Shown here in pieces: positions 12,150-26,707 of a DNA stretch of 64,000 nucleotides. The notes beneath the pieces are model-generated. The model ran no database searches, was not told the origin of the DNA, and saw only the letters and a program-made list of their open reading frames with translations. Position 1 is the first letter of the stretch; each line of letters opens with the position of its first letter. A program made the position numbers and the translations under genes. Origin of the DNA: Eledone cirrhosa (taxonomy: Eukaryota); NCBI GenBank assembly GCA_964016885.1, contig OZ024743.1, positions 64,294,001 to 64,358,000 on the forward strand. Reading direction: 5' to 3'.

Positions 12150-13620
12150 ATATTGATTTGCTGTCAAGAGCTGTGAGTTTTTTGTGTCTCCTCTCTGTGG
12201 TCTGTATACTTTTTAAAACCTGAGTAAAAGGCTTTCATATCGTTTTTATCAACATGATACTGTAGCTCTTTAGCGTTGGTCTCCCATCAATCTGATTTCA
12301 GTTTCCTAGTATGTTGTTGCAGCTTCCTTCTTGTTTCCCTCAGTTTCCCTCTGTTTGACCTTGTGTTCCTGCAATGTTACTTTCCTCAGGTTTGTCTTAG
12401 ACTTGTTGAGCTGTCTCATATGTAGTTGATTTCAACATATTCCATTTTTCTCCAACTCCTTTGTTTCCTTATCTTCCCATACTTCCAAAACCTGAGCCAC
12501 CTATTCCTGCAATTCTTGTTTCACTTTAGAGTCTCTGAGTTTCATCATGTTTAGCTTATTTTGGGGTCGGCCTTTTATCTTCATGCTTTTCTTCCTGATG
12601 GCAAAAGTGACCTTTGATCTGATCATGTGGTCAGTAGAGTAGTCTGCACCTGTCATGTCTCTGGTATCCAACACATCATTCTGATGGTCTTTGTGTTTGA
12701 AGACAGTGTTTGTGATTACGAGGTTGAACTCAGAGCAGAGGGCTAGATAAAGCTCACTGTATAAGTTACACTTTCCTATTCCATGTTTGCCTATCACACC
12801 AGGCCATTGGTCTGCATCTTTCCCTACTCTTGTATTGAGATATCCTGCAATTATCAGCTTGTCTTTGAAGGGAACATATCTCAGCTTAGCATAGAATTCT
12901 TCTTTCACTCTCTGAGGGTTAGTCATTGTGGTGTAGACATTTTTGTGAAGTGACAGTCTCATGGTCATGAATATATCATTAACTGGTGTTGGGTCTTCCT
13001 TCAGTTGTAGAGCGATAGAGTTCCTCATTGCAAGGCCAACACCAACTTCCCTTCTTTCTTCTTCCTTCTTTACACTCCAGAAGAATGTGTAGCTGTGATC
13101 TACCAAGCTGTCATATCCAGGTAAGCATGTTTCACACAGAGCGGTGATGTCAATGTTGTATCCATATAATTTCTTTGCAACTAGAGCAGTCTGATGCTCA
13201 GGTCTTTGAAATCTTGTTTTATCAAGTAGGGTTCTAACATTTCATTCAGCGATATTCAGTGTTTTCCTGCGTCCTAGTTTACTTTTCATTGGCTGCCTGA
13301 GTATGGGTGAACCGGGCAACGTTTGAGCAGATATTGGAATCCTTTGCCTTTGTCATTTGCCATAGAACTACTTGCAAAGTCATAAAGTGAAACTAGCTTT
13401 TGCAATTGGCTAGTGTCACTCTCTCAATACTGCTACTGTCTAGTGGGCAAAGACAGACCAAGACATGTTGGCATCATATTACATCAGCTGACCGGATGAT
13501 AAGTGTGTTTATCTCCGCCGTTTGCTGATGCCACAGGTCACCATCATGGTGTGATCCACTTGAAACAAAAGATTTATTTCATGCTGCAAGGATGCCCAGA
13601 TTCACCCATCATACCAGAAG
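12150..13620 (-). mobile_element. Degraded RTE (BovB-like) LINE 5' part, APE endonuclease
   Basis: Minus-strand translation from ~13289: NVRTLLD..ALVAKEL..YNIDITALCET..YTFFWS..GVGLAM..LVITNTVF..TDH; stops and deletions; boundaries approximate. Confidence 0.8.
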
Positions 13621-13877
13621 AATGTTTTTACACATAATATATATAAAAAATATATACATATGTACATACTTTATTAGATGGCCGTTGACTTTCCTGAGTT
13701 CCTCCGCCCTTTCACAGGTTTTGTCTCTCATCCTCAACAAACAAGTTTAATGGAATTGCCGGTTTAGTTGCTGAAGATCCAATCATGCAATAGGTTGTAC
13801 GGAGTTACATGTTACCAGTTGTGATCGAGAACGACCTCACACACACATACACACACACACACTGACACATATATATA

Positions 13878-14073
13878 TAACGAAGGAAGTGTGGTAAGGA
13901 ACCAAGTGGACCATAACGCACCAGAGTACTCGATACTTTGGGTAGTAGAGTGGGTAATAGGAAAATGTTCAGGACCCCGACGGCAGAGCTCAATCCGTTT
14001 CGACAGCTATTTCTGGACCAGAAATAGCCGTCGAAACGGCTTGAGCTCTGCCGTCGGGGTCCTGAACATTTTC
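13878..14073 (-). mobile_element. Fold-back element family A, copy 3
   Basis: Inverted arms ~13960-14073 plus a tail homologous to 336-415. Confidence 0.75.
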
Positions 14074-14087
14074 CGATATATAAACAT

Positions 14088-14154
<67 letters not shown>

Positions 14155-14343
14155 AGGAACGATCGACTTTTTTGTCAAATCGGACCGAGGGAACAATGTT
14201 TCCGTTGGTCTTTCCAATTGCTAATACTATCTATCGGTCGCAACTCCAGGTAGAAGGAGCAACGTGAAATAAAGTGTCTTGCTCAAGGACATAACGCATC
14301 GCCTGGTCCAGGAATCGAACTCACAACCTTACGATTGCGAATA
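14155..14343 (-). mobile_element. SINE family S2, 5'-truncated copy
   Basis: Reverse complement of 9266-9450. Confidence 0.8.
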
Positions 14344-14935
14344 CAATTAAACATATATAAAGAAAGTAACAATCAAATATTCGAATTTTGAAAGTATATT
14401 AACTTACTGTAAGTTACTACAGCGCATGATTAATTGTAAAATAGTTGGAAGGGTTGGACAGAGTCACTTGCGGGAATCGAAGCCACATCTGCCGTATGAC
14501 AGCTAGTTGCGTTATAATTATACCAGAGTAATATTGACCACTTACCCGTCATTTTTAAGCCTTAGTTATCAGTCAGGAATTGTAAACAAAGAAACAATCT
14601 TTTTCGAAACGTCGTCAGTCATTTTACGAAGCGTCAGTTGTCTTCCGAAGCAGTGTCAATCGCTTTACGAAACGTCGTCAATTGTTTTACTAAGAAGCGT
14701 CAATCGTTTTATGAAGTGGATCAGTTATCACAAACATCCCTGTTCAACACATTAACAATTCTACCAATCCATCACCCCTGGACTGGTACTTTCTTTTATC
14801 GAGCCCGAAAAACAAGAAAGGCAAAGCTGATCTCACAGGGATTTGAACTCAGAGCGTAATGACCCGGAAAATACCGATGCAATTTATCTAACGACTGTCA
14901 ATTTGTCGCCTACAAACACACATACATATATACAT

Positions 14936-16189
14936 ACATTTGAATGTCGCATCATATCTCTCCGACAACATCTACGAACCTCGAAGCGTAGGAGCCCGTT
15001 TCTTGAGCAAGTCTATCTGCATGAAACAGATAAGATCATGAGAGTTGGGAAGGAACTCCTCGAGAGATATTCCCTGTGTGATAATCAAAAACTCACACCC
15101 AGGGAAGTCGCTCAGCAGTATCGCAGTGAATCCATGGATGAAAAACTGCATGCTTATCAGCGAAAAATCATGCATGGATATGTTGCCAGGAAGCTCCAGA
15201 GTGAGAGTAGTGTAGATAAGGAAAGTAGTCTATCTTGGACCAACAACCGCTATATTGGCTCCCACTTTGAAGGATACGCTTTTGCATTCCAAGAACAGGA
15301 GATTAACACGAAATACCTGATTCACAAAAGAGATAGGGATGCAGGCAAAACACCTAGATGTAATAACAAGTGCAGACTCTGCAGAACTAACATCGAGGAT
15401 ATCACCCATGTCATCAGCAGTTGTCCAAAGATGTCATCGCGGTACTATCTACCTATGAGGCATGATGTAGTGGCCAAAACACTGTACAATGCAGTTCGTA
15501 AAAAAGATAGCCCCGATAATAAACACATTAAAAGCTACAGCAATGTGGAAGACATCCATGTACATAATATAAAAAAGTACTGGTGGAATGTTCCAGTAAA
15601 AAACCCAATAAAATGCAGGCATAACAGACCAGATATTATGAAATGGGACAGAGAGAAGAAAGCATGCACAGTAGTGGAAATTAGCTGCCCAGCAGATGCC
15701 AATATAATATCAAAGATTAGTGAAAAGGAGAATATTTATGCAAAACTGATGAGAAATCTGCAGATACTCCACCCTGATTACACCTTCAGATTTATGCCTG
15801 TGATTATTGGGGCACTGGGGTATGTTAGTAACTGCCTCAATTCAAATCTTGAGAAGCTAGGCTTCACAGGAACAGAAAGAACACAACTAGTTAGGAAATT
15901 ACAAGTACAATCCATTAATGGAACAGTAGAAATATGTAAAACATTACAAAAATGTTGCATCTAATAACTGCATATACACATGTACAGATATAAAACATAT
16001 ACACATGCACACATACAACTCAAAACATACACATCCACACATACAATAACATCCATATCTACACATGCATGCATACATAATCTACTTAGTTGATGTTGTG
16101 TAAATTCCAATGAGAGAATCTTGTGTCTATGTTAGAAACCGACTCTCTCTATTGGTAAACAATTTGTGAAATTATAAAACCAGAAGAAC
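14936..16189 (+). mobile_element. R4/Dong-like RLE non-LTR retrotransposon, 5'-truncated (copy A)
   Basis: ORF to 15964 with CRLC-x7-H-x4-C knuckle, RHD, HNRPDI..VVEISCP endonuclease motifs; 3' UTR ends CCAGAAGAA|CATACATAC; CATA repeats at both ends. Confidence 0.9.
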
Positions 16190-16282
16190 ATACATACGCA
16201 TCCATATATACATATATATATTCACTTAGGATAACGGAAAAATAAAGAATAAAGAAGGATAGATATATCGATATATCAATAG

Positions 16283-16326
<44 letters not shown>

Positions 16327-16973
16327 GTGTGTGTATATGTATGTTTGTATATAGATATATATAAAGACAAGCTGTTAAATATATATATATAATATCCAAT
16401 TTAGTTCGTAAACACGTGGTTAAAATACCTAACAAGCTTCAATGACCAGCGTGTATATTATTTTATATTCTGCGATGACCTTCCCTTTCCCTTTTGGGGA
16501 CAGTGTGAATTTTCTTTTTGAAGCACTAATGGCTTTTCAAATTTAGCTGTCCTTCTAGCACTGACGGATACCAACACTAATTATTAATATCGATGTAATT
16601 TTTTATATCGATATTGCATGGGCATCCACTGATGAGTTATAAGGGCCCGCTTGTGTGTATATCTATGGATTATATACAAGTTTCTACATAACTTGGACAT
16701 TATTTATCCCAAATTGTAGAAATCTTATAACGAAACGATCGTATGGAAAGAAAGAGAGATTTATTTAATTATGTTTCATATAAAATAATACAACTAACTT
16801 ACCACGAAATACTATATAGTTAGCACCCCAAACACTTAATTGGGATTATACTTAGGTATATCCTAATGTTTGTTGAGTGAGATGGAGTTGGTCAGTGTAT
16901 CGCTTAAAGCTTTCTCTGTTAATGTATTAAATATATATATATATATATATATTTAATACATTAACAGAGAAAG

Positions 16974-17015
<42 letters not shown>

Positions 17016-17078
17016 GAGTCGGTTCTGACAGCTAATTCCACACTGGAAGAGAGGAAGATATATCTGTATATATATATA

Positions 17079-17198
<120 letters not shown>

Positions 17199-17529
17199 CG
17201 AAATGAGATGACACGAGATAAGATGTATATCTTATAGATATAAGGAACTTCTGGGTTGATTGTATGTGAAAGCTTTTAACAAGTCGACGGCAAAATAGTT
17301 GTTTGACGGGATCAAATGGTAAAAATGGTTCCTTGTATATTGGAACAAAGTTTGAAGGGATCAAATGGTTAGAAAGGTTGCTTATTGGAAGTAAGTTTTA
17401 AGAATTACCGGAAACTTGGCGAAACAATGTGTTTATAAATAAAAGATCACATGAATCGTATCTTGATATACAAACAGTTTATATCGCCCGTCAGTCGTAA
17501 GTGAGAAACCTTGGTAAAGGGTTGATGGT

Positions 17530-18390
17530 AGTGGGGGAGGTGGTGGTGGTCTTGGTGGGGTGTTGGTGTTAGTGATGAGGTTGGGAATGGTAAGGGTGGC
17601 GCCAGTGGTGGTGGTGGTAGTGGTGGTGGTGGTGGTGGTGGTGGTGGTGGTGGTGATGGTAGTGATGGTGGTGTTGTTGTTGTTGGTGGTGGTGGTGCTG
17701 ATGGTGGTCGTGGTGGTGGTGCTGATGGTGGTGGTGGTGGTAGTGATGGTGATGGTGGTGATGGTTGTAGTGGTGGTGGTGGTGGGGTGAGGGGTGGAAG
17801 TGATGGTTGTGGTGGTGGTGGAGGCTGTGGTAATGTTGGGAATGGTAAGAGCAGCGTCAGCGGTGACGGCGGCGTTGATGGTGCTAGTGGAGGTCGTGGT
17901 GGTGATGGTGGTGATGGTAGTGGTGGTGGTGGTTGTGTTGGTGGTTGTTGGTGATGGTGGTGGTGGGGGGGGGGGGGGGGGGGGGGGGTAGTGATGGTGG
18001 TGGTGGGGGTGATGGTGGGGGGCGGGGGGTGAAGGTGGGGGTGGTACTGATGGTGGTGGTGATGGGGGTGGTGATGGGGGTGGTGGTGGTGGTGGTGGTA
18101 GTGATGGTGGTGGTGGTGGTGGTGGTAATGATAATTGTTTCTACTTTTGGCACAAGGCCAGCAATTACCCAGTACATTACTGGATAATGGTGGTGTGGTT
18201 GTGTTGGTGGTGGTGGTGGTGGTGGTGGTGATGGTGCTAATGATAATGGTGGTGTGATTGTGTTGGTGGTAGTTGCAGTGATGGTGATGTTGATGGTGGT
18301 GGTGGTGATGGTGGTGGTAATGATAATGGTGGTATGGTTGTATTGGTGGTGGTTGTAGTGATGGTGGTGGTGATGGTGTTGGTGGTAGCA
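17530..18390. repeat. (GGT)n low-complexity tract containing a SINE S1 3' fragment at 18130-18185
   Basis: GGT/GAT trinucleotide runs. Confidence 0.85.
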
Positions 18391-18789
18391 GCTTTGGAAT
18401 AAAATCAACGACATTGGAAATACCAGGACGTTAATATCAAGTTGTAAGCTATCTTCCTTTCTTTTCTCGAAAGCATGAAAAACAAAGATGACCTCGACGG
18501 GATTTGAACTCAAAGAGCAGAGAACCAGAACGAATACCGCAAAGTATTCTATCCGACGTTCTAATGGCTCTGTCACTTCGTCGAATTTGGTACTTGAATC
18601 TGATAAATGTCACATATTTCTGGCGTTTCTTGGAAACAAACAAGTTAAAGCATGTTTACATGCTTACATATTAGATATGTAACAGTTCTAGTCCTGTAGA
18701 AGCTATTTCTATATTAAATATTGTATATACTCTACTATGTATTGAGTACCTTACTTACTGTAGTTATCCTCGATTGAACCCGGGATACA

Positions 18790-18915
<126 letters not shown>

Positions 18916-19049
18916 TCATGGGTCCTGAATAATTACCCCTTCCTCCACCGCTTAGATTTTCAGATTTTTTTTCCAATCCTACCGCTCTTATTCCCCCACT
19001 CCCACTCCACCGCTGCTCATTAAATTTTATAAATGTATATATACATATA

Positions 19050-19068
19050 TATATATATATAACTGAGG

Positions 19069-19151
<83 letters not shown>

Positions 19152-19746
19152 TTTGAATCCCTATAACTCGAGAAGTACCCAACCGATTTTTTTTCAAACT
19201 TTACATGTGTATTACTTATGTTCCAGGAAATGTTATGCACAGAAAATTCAACTTTTTGATCCCCTAGAGCCCGCATTATATATAACTGCGGTTTTTTTCC
19301 AGCTTTTTAGGGCTTTTTTGAGGCGTTACGTCAGACCGATTTCCTTGAAATTATAACTATGTATTAGTCAGTCTCTTCTTCATACCATGAGCAAAGAAAA
19401 TCCAACTTTTTATGGCCTAGGGCCCGCATTAGGTGAAACACTTCATTTTTTTTTCAGCTTTTGGGGGCTTTTTTGAGGTGTTACATCTAGCCGATTTTCC
19501 CGAAATTTCAAGGCATATTATGCACATAAAGAAATTCATTTTCTTGATTCCTAGGGCCCGCATTAGGTGAAAACCTGCATTTTTCATGCTTCATCGAGGA
19601 AAATCTTAAAGATTATCCAGTCATCAGAGTACTCGGTTTATTTTCTTTACATATTGTCCAGGCATGCAGCTTTTCCACGATTAGGTCTGTTGGCGGTCCG
19701 CGTTCCAAAATACCTTATCCCGTGCAACGCCGGATACCCCTGCTAG
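19050..19746 (+). mobile_element. Non-autonomous Helitron-like element
   Basis: 3' end ATCCCGTGCAACGCCGGAT hairpin followed by CTAG|T; internal ~150-bp diverged repeats; 5' end obscured by (TA)n. Confidence 0.65.
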
Positions 19747-20006
19747 TATTTAATATAGAAAAGGCTTCTACAGGACTAGAACTGTTTCATTCGGGAGAAA
19801 TCATAATTAAAATTTTATACACTTATCATGTATACGCAAACTTAGGTTTCGGGGCCCTGTTATGGCAAAATTACGTAATTTTGTCCTGGCGTCCGACGAG
19901 AGGACAGTATTGAAACGGCTCTTCCACTATACAGTGGTGGCCATCATGTTAAGTGTGTGGAATTATATAATATATTGTGGTAGTTGTGGTGTTAGTGATG
20001 GTGATG

Positions 20007-20083
<77 letters not shown>

Positions 20084-20136
20084 TACAATGGGAAGAAAAA
20101 CAGAGTGAGAAAAAAAGATTTATGCTGGAGAGAGCG

Positions 20137-20283
<147 letters not shown>

Positions 20284-20435
20284 AATAGTAGCTATGATGC
20301 TTCCATAGGCGGTATGCCAGTTGAGCACTCTATGTTCTTACAGAGGAGAGTGTGATATAATATAAAACGAAAAATCAGTGATGCATCTGGACGCAGTTTA
20401 TTGTGTGTTAGAAAATTTGTTCCGAGAGTATTGCA

Positions 20436-20525
20436 TGTGTCCGAAGAACCTGCAGATCTAGAATCAGACAGATCCATACAATGATCCTGTCTTGCGCTAT
20501 CTGCCGGTGAAACAATTGTAACACA
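20436..20525 (+). ncRNA. Hammerhead motif with long stem II (family L), core variant CCGAAGA
   Basis: TGTGT-CCGAAGA-ACCTGCAGAT...ATCTGCCGGT-GAA-ACAATTGT-A-ACACA; flanked by inverted tail copies 20352-20392/20537-20575. Confidence 0.7.
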
Positions 20526-20667
20526 CAATAAATTGAGTCCAGATGCATCACTGATTTTTCGTTTTATATTATATATATATATATATTATATATATATATA
20601 TATATATAAATTAATAAAAATAATGAATAAAAACAAAGAAATAGTTCCTTATATCAAAAAATGTATC

Positions 20668-20716
<49 letters not shown>

Positions 20717-20734
20717 CGTTTCTGAAAAAAAAAC

Positions 20735-21388
20735 AGTAGAAAATGCTAAAGGGATTTTCTCACAGAATAAAGAATCATCTGTACTCTACCAACATGCTAA
20801 AATAGTACATAAGGGTAAATTAGAGAACATAGAAATGAAAATAGAATCTACACACAGAAAAGACGCAATGTTTAGACAAATCACAGAGGCAATAAACATA
20901 AATGAATTATAACCAAAATTAAATAGAAAACATGAGTGGAACAGTAACATCACAACTTACAATTAAGGACAAAATGAAAACACACACGCACATAGAACAA
21001 ACAACCAACCAGTAACATGTAAATAAACAAATAAATAAACGAATATAAACACACACAGACACCCGGATGTAACACATGCGTAAACTAAGCACACAACACA
21101 CACACCAAAAACAAGATGGCGTAGGACAGAACAAAGGAGAGGCACAAAATCAAAACAAAAAAAAAAACAAAAAACAAAGGAAAGAATCCCCAGTCACTGA
21201 AAGGTCACAGAATGTGTGACGAAAGAACTTTGACAATATATAAACAACCATCTGGTTGTGGAACCAACCAACCAACCGGAAATTTATAAATTCCTAAATT
21301 TATAAATTTATTATAATAAATTGAAGTGAAAGTAACTGGTGCGTGTGTTTCTTATTGGCAACATGACCCTCCCAAAGTATAACAATAT
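20735..21388 (+). mobile_element. Penelope-like element 3' end: GIY-YIG endonuclease C-terminus plus pLTR
   Basis: KESSVLYQHAKIVH..IEMKIESTHRKDAMFRQITEAINI matches the H-x4-H and R-x3-EA-x2-I pattern of PLE endonuclease ends; hammerhead motif downstream; (TA)n flanks. Confidence 0.7.
21193..21234 (+). ncRNA. Minimal hammerhead motif, variant core CTGAAAG
   Basis: GTCA-CTGAAAG-GTCACA(GAATG)TGTGAC-GAA-AGAACT-T-TGAC. Confidence 0.65.
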
Positions 21389-21498
21389 ATATATATATAT
21401 ATAGGAAAAGAGTCAGGGCCCCCTCTACTACCCTAAGTATCGAGTACTCTGGTGCGTTATGGTCCCCCTGGTTCCATACCACACTTCCTTTGTTATAA

Positions 21499-21608
<110 letters not shown>

Positions 21609-21731
21609 GGAGGTGAGTTTTATTGTAGTACAATAAAGCAATGCAGATATCGGATAAGAAGCACTCTACAGTTTGTAGGACTGGAGTATACATAATATAA
21701 GATCAAAAGATGGTTAAAGGAGTTCCATGTA

Positions 21732-21798
21732 TTTTATTATGCGCATTTCAAAAACAAACATCATCATGCAATAATATTTGTGTTTTCATCAGATAAAA
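21732..21798 (-). ncRNA. Hammerhead motif (left arm of ~340-bp palindrome)
   Basis: Reverse complement of 21923-21989. Confidence 0.8.
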
Positions 21799-21922
21799 CA
21801 GGAGAACATGATATGAAGGCTAAAAAACACTTGTGGATAGTGCAGTTTTAAATCAACATATGTTGATTTAAAACTGCAACTATCCCACAAGTGTTTTTTA
21901 GCCTTCATATCATGTTCTCCTG

Positions 21923-21989
21923 TTTTATCTGATGAAAACACAAATATTATTGCATGATGATGTTTGTTTTTGAAATGCGCATAATAAAA
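21923..21989 (+). ncRNA. Hammerhead motif, canonical core (right arm)
   Basis: TTTTAT-CTGATGA-AAACA...TGTTTTT-GAA-ATGCGCAT-A-ATAAAA. Confidence 0.8.
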
Positions 21990-22021
21990 TACATGGAACT
22001 CCTTTAACCATCTTTTGATCT

Positions 22022-22078
<57 letters not shown>

Positions 22079-22115
22079 ATTAATAAATGGAAACTATATT
22101 TATAAAACCATATTT

Positions 22116-22179
22116 ATTTCATTATATATATTTCGGGGATATCATATTAACAATATGCTATGCCTTCCTCAGACAAAAT
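22116..22179 (-). ncRNA. Hammerhead motif
   Basis: Minus strand: ATTTTGT-CTGAGGA-AGG..CATATT(GTT)AATATG..CCC-GAA-ATATATAT-A-ATGAAAT; tail shared with 51822-51920. Confidence 0.75.
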
Positions 22180-22365
22180 ACAATATAAACAGTTTTATAG
22201 ATAAATAGATTCGGACATACCGTTATAACACCGACTTCATTTGAAGAGGTTTTTTGTAAATATACTCCAAATATTTGTCGAGTGCTTTTATATCAGTTTA
22301 TAAATATTTACTAGTTGTAACCCAACAATTTTAAATATAACTTTCCATATAATATATATATATAA

Positions 22366-22430
<65 letters not shown>

Positions 22431-22693
22431 GAGAAGAGAGAGAGAGAGAGAGAGTATATAGAGGGAGAAGTGACACACGAGTTGATATATATAATAAGAA
22501 AAAAGAAAAAAAAAACAGTAGAAAATGCTAAAGGGATTTCTCACAGAATAACAGCAAAACATTTAATTACAAAATAGGAATTTTCGCATTATTTGTACCG
22601 GTTTCAGCTTATACGCTTTTCCAAACGACGGAAATGTATAATGTAGTTAAATTGCATATTAGTAAGAATAATAAGAATATGGGAAAATTATGT

Positions 22694-22999
<306 letters not shown>

Positions 23000-23075
23000 C
23001 TAATACGAGAAATGAAATTCTAATTTTATATGTATATATATATATAGTTATGTAATAAACAACATAAAATAATTT

Positions 23076-23139
23076 ATTCATTTACCAGTGGTTTCTTGAA
23101 GACAGATATTTATATCTGTCTTCAGTCGTCAGAATGAAT
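23076..23139 (-). ncRNA. Hammerhead motif (left arm of palindrome)
   Basis: Minus strand: ATTCATT-CTGACGA-C-TGAAGACAGATAT..ATATCTGTCTTCA-A-GAA-ACC(ACT)GGT-A-AATGAAT. Confidence 0.85.
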
Positions 23140-23177
23140 AACTTGGAATATTAGATATTTAGTAAACATTCCATGTT

Positions 23178-23239
23178 ATTCATTCTGACGACTGAAGACA
23201 TATAAATATCTGTCTTCAAGAAACTACTGGTAAATGAAT
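23178..23239 (+). ncRNA. Hammerhead motif (right arm of palindrome)
   Basis: ATTCATT-CTGACGA-C-TGAAGACA..TGTCTTCA-A-GAA-ACTACTGGT-A-AATGAAT. Confidence 0.8.
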
Positions 23240-23807
23240 TAATTATCTTATTTTGTTTATTACATAACTAAAAAGCTCTGTAGCCTACATAGAGCACTCT
23301 TTTCCTTTACCTTTACCACAACAATTTATAGCAGCAAAACAAACCAAAACCAGCTTCTACTTTCCGCCTACTGTCATCAGCTACAGATTCACTAAATCAG
23401 AAACGTAAAATAAACACACTGAAACGAAAACTGGAATTGAAACTAACAAGCAGCTCTGGTATGAGAGGATTAGAATATGAGAACCCGCCTACCAAGGTTT
23501 TGAAATTAATGGCGATGGTTTTAAATAGAATACATAGTTGAGAGAATGGTTCCATCACTGGCGCAAGAGGTGCCCCTTTAACTTCTTCTTCAAGTTACCA
23601 TCGCCAGTGATGAAATTAGTTACTTACCTGTGACCTACTTCTTCGCAACTTTCTTCTCTGCAGTAGCCTGTCGCTGGTACGCGCGTGTTAGTTAGTAGTC
23701 AGTATACATATATAGACATATATATATATATGTAATATAATACATATATATGTAATATAACATAATAATAACAAGATATAATACATATATATGTAAATAA
23801 CATATTA

Positions 23808-24131
23808 ATAATTGTTTCAACTTTTGGCACAAGGCCATCAAATACCCAGTACATTACTGGTACTTTATTTTATCGACCCTGTAAGGATGAAAGGTAAAGT
23901 TAACCTCGGCGGGATTTGAACTCAGACTCTAAAGGGACGTAACTATGCTGGAAAGCATGGCGTCTGACACTCTACCAATACTGCCAATCCACCTCCCTTA
24001 TAACGTAATAATAATAAGATAATAATATAACATAATAATAATTGTTTCTACTTTAGGCACAAGGCCAGCAATTACCCAGTGCATTACTGGTACTTTATTT
24101 TATCGACCCCGTAAGGATGAAAGGCAAAGTC
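23808..24131 (-). mobile_element. Two tandem SINE S1 copies (full 23808-23997; truncated 24037-24131)
   Basis: Reverse complements of 3119-3310. Confidence 0.85.
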
Positions 24132-24381
24132 AGATCTAATTCTTTCCATTGGAAATTCTCTGAATTTCCAATCTTTTGATTAGTGAAACCGTCGGTAACG
24201 GCAATAGAACAGGTGAATATTTAAATCGTTTTTTTAATTTATTTAAAAGATTGTTTGATGATTACTTGTTCCGCTCATTTTTATAGTTCTGGTATCTCAA
24301 ATTAGTACCATCGAACCACAATTATTATAAACAGCATGCATATTTCTGTAGGTACTTAGTGCCTGTCGCAATATCCATACC

Positions 24382-24503
<122 letters not shown>

Positions 24504-24515
24504 CATATATATATA

Positions 24516-24567
<52 letters not shown>

Positions 24568-24613
24568 CATATATATCACCTTGATATATATATATAGATA
24601 TATATATATCAAG

Positions 24614-24783
<170 letters not shown>

Positions 24784-24841
24784 GGTATGGATATTGCGAC
24801 AGGCACTAAGTTATATATGTATATATACATATATATCACCT

Positions 24842-25003
<162 letters not shown>

Positions 25004-25028
25004 ATATATATAAGTATATATATATATG

Positions 25029-25059
<31 letters not shown>

Positions 25060-25216
25060 GTATATGCTGTCTTCAATTTGCAAAGCTGTCTAAATGTAAC
25101 GTTATAACTCTAGGGTAATATACCCTATTGAGTGCTTAGCTGCACACCGAGATTGCATTCGTTAGCTTGGCTGCAACCAGAGCTTCGATGATGCTGTACT
25201 AAATTTTATATATATG

Positions 25217-25389
<173 letters not shown>

Positions 25390-25478
25390 ATATATATATG
25401 TATATATATATATATATATGTATATGTATATATATATATGTATATCTATATATCTATACGTGTATATATATTATGTAT

Positions 25479-25548
<70 letters not shown>

Positions 25549-26087
25549 TATCGTCTGCTAATTTAACAACTAGGTAGGGAATACGGGGGGATGAGACTAG
25601 ACACATGGCTACCGCTGACACTCACACATATACATACACACACACACACTTATACACACCCACACACAGCCACACACACACACACACACTCATACACAGC
25701 CATACACACACACTTATACATACACATAGAAAAACACACACAAAAAACTGTTCAGGCACATACTTTCATACAAAGACAGTTTAGTGACATCTCAACGAAC
25801 GACTTCCCCGGTGGTGGGGTGAAGCTGATAGGTGGTGGTAGTGGCTATGGTGGTGTTTAAAATGGTAGCAGTATTGGGTGCCGGTGGTAGTTCTGGTTCT
25901 TAGAATAGTTCTCTAGGTGGTGATGGTGGCGGTAATGATGATGATCATTGTGGTGGTGGTGGTGGTGGTGATAGTTTTGATGATGGTGACGGTGGTGACG
26001 GTGGCAACGGTGGTGGTGGCGGTGATGGTGATGATGGTGTCGGTAATGATGATCATCATTGTGGTGGTGGTGGTGATGGTGGTGTTG

Positions 26088-26134
<47 letters not shown>

Positions 26135-26214
26135 TACAATGGCAAAAAAAACAGAATGGGAGACAGCGAGAGAGAGAGAGAGAGAGGGGGGAGAAGAGGG
26201 AGAGAGAGGGAGAG

Positions 26215-26337
<123 letters not shown>

Positions 26338-26707
26338 GGGGGGAAGAGATAGAGATATATAAAGAGAGATGGTGTGAATAAGTGGGCGAAGAAGAAGAAG
26401 AAGAAGAAGAGGGGGAGGAGGAAGAAGAAGGAAGTGAGAGAAGTGGGGATATGGAGGAGGGGAGAGTGAGAGGTGTTGGCGGAGAAGGAGATAGTGGTGG
26501 TGGTGGTGGTGGAAGTGAGAGGTGGTGGAGGAGGGGGGAGGATGAGAAGGAGGAGGAGGAGGGGGAGATGAGGGGGAGGGGGAGAAGGGTGGGGGAGGTG
26601 TTATTGAAGAGTGTAAGGGGTTGACGTTATCTATATTATCATGGCGGAAATGAACTAACACGGATGACACGAAAATGGCTATCACAATGTTTATAGTCTC
26701 TTTCTAG

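Noticed and set aside
16628-16705. CTGATGA followed by a long GTTAT..ATAAC stem
   Set aside because: The GAAA and stem III half is not recognisable; at most a decayed motif, so not counted.
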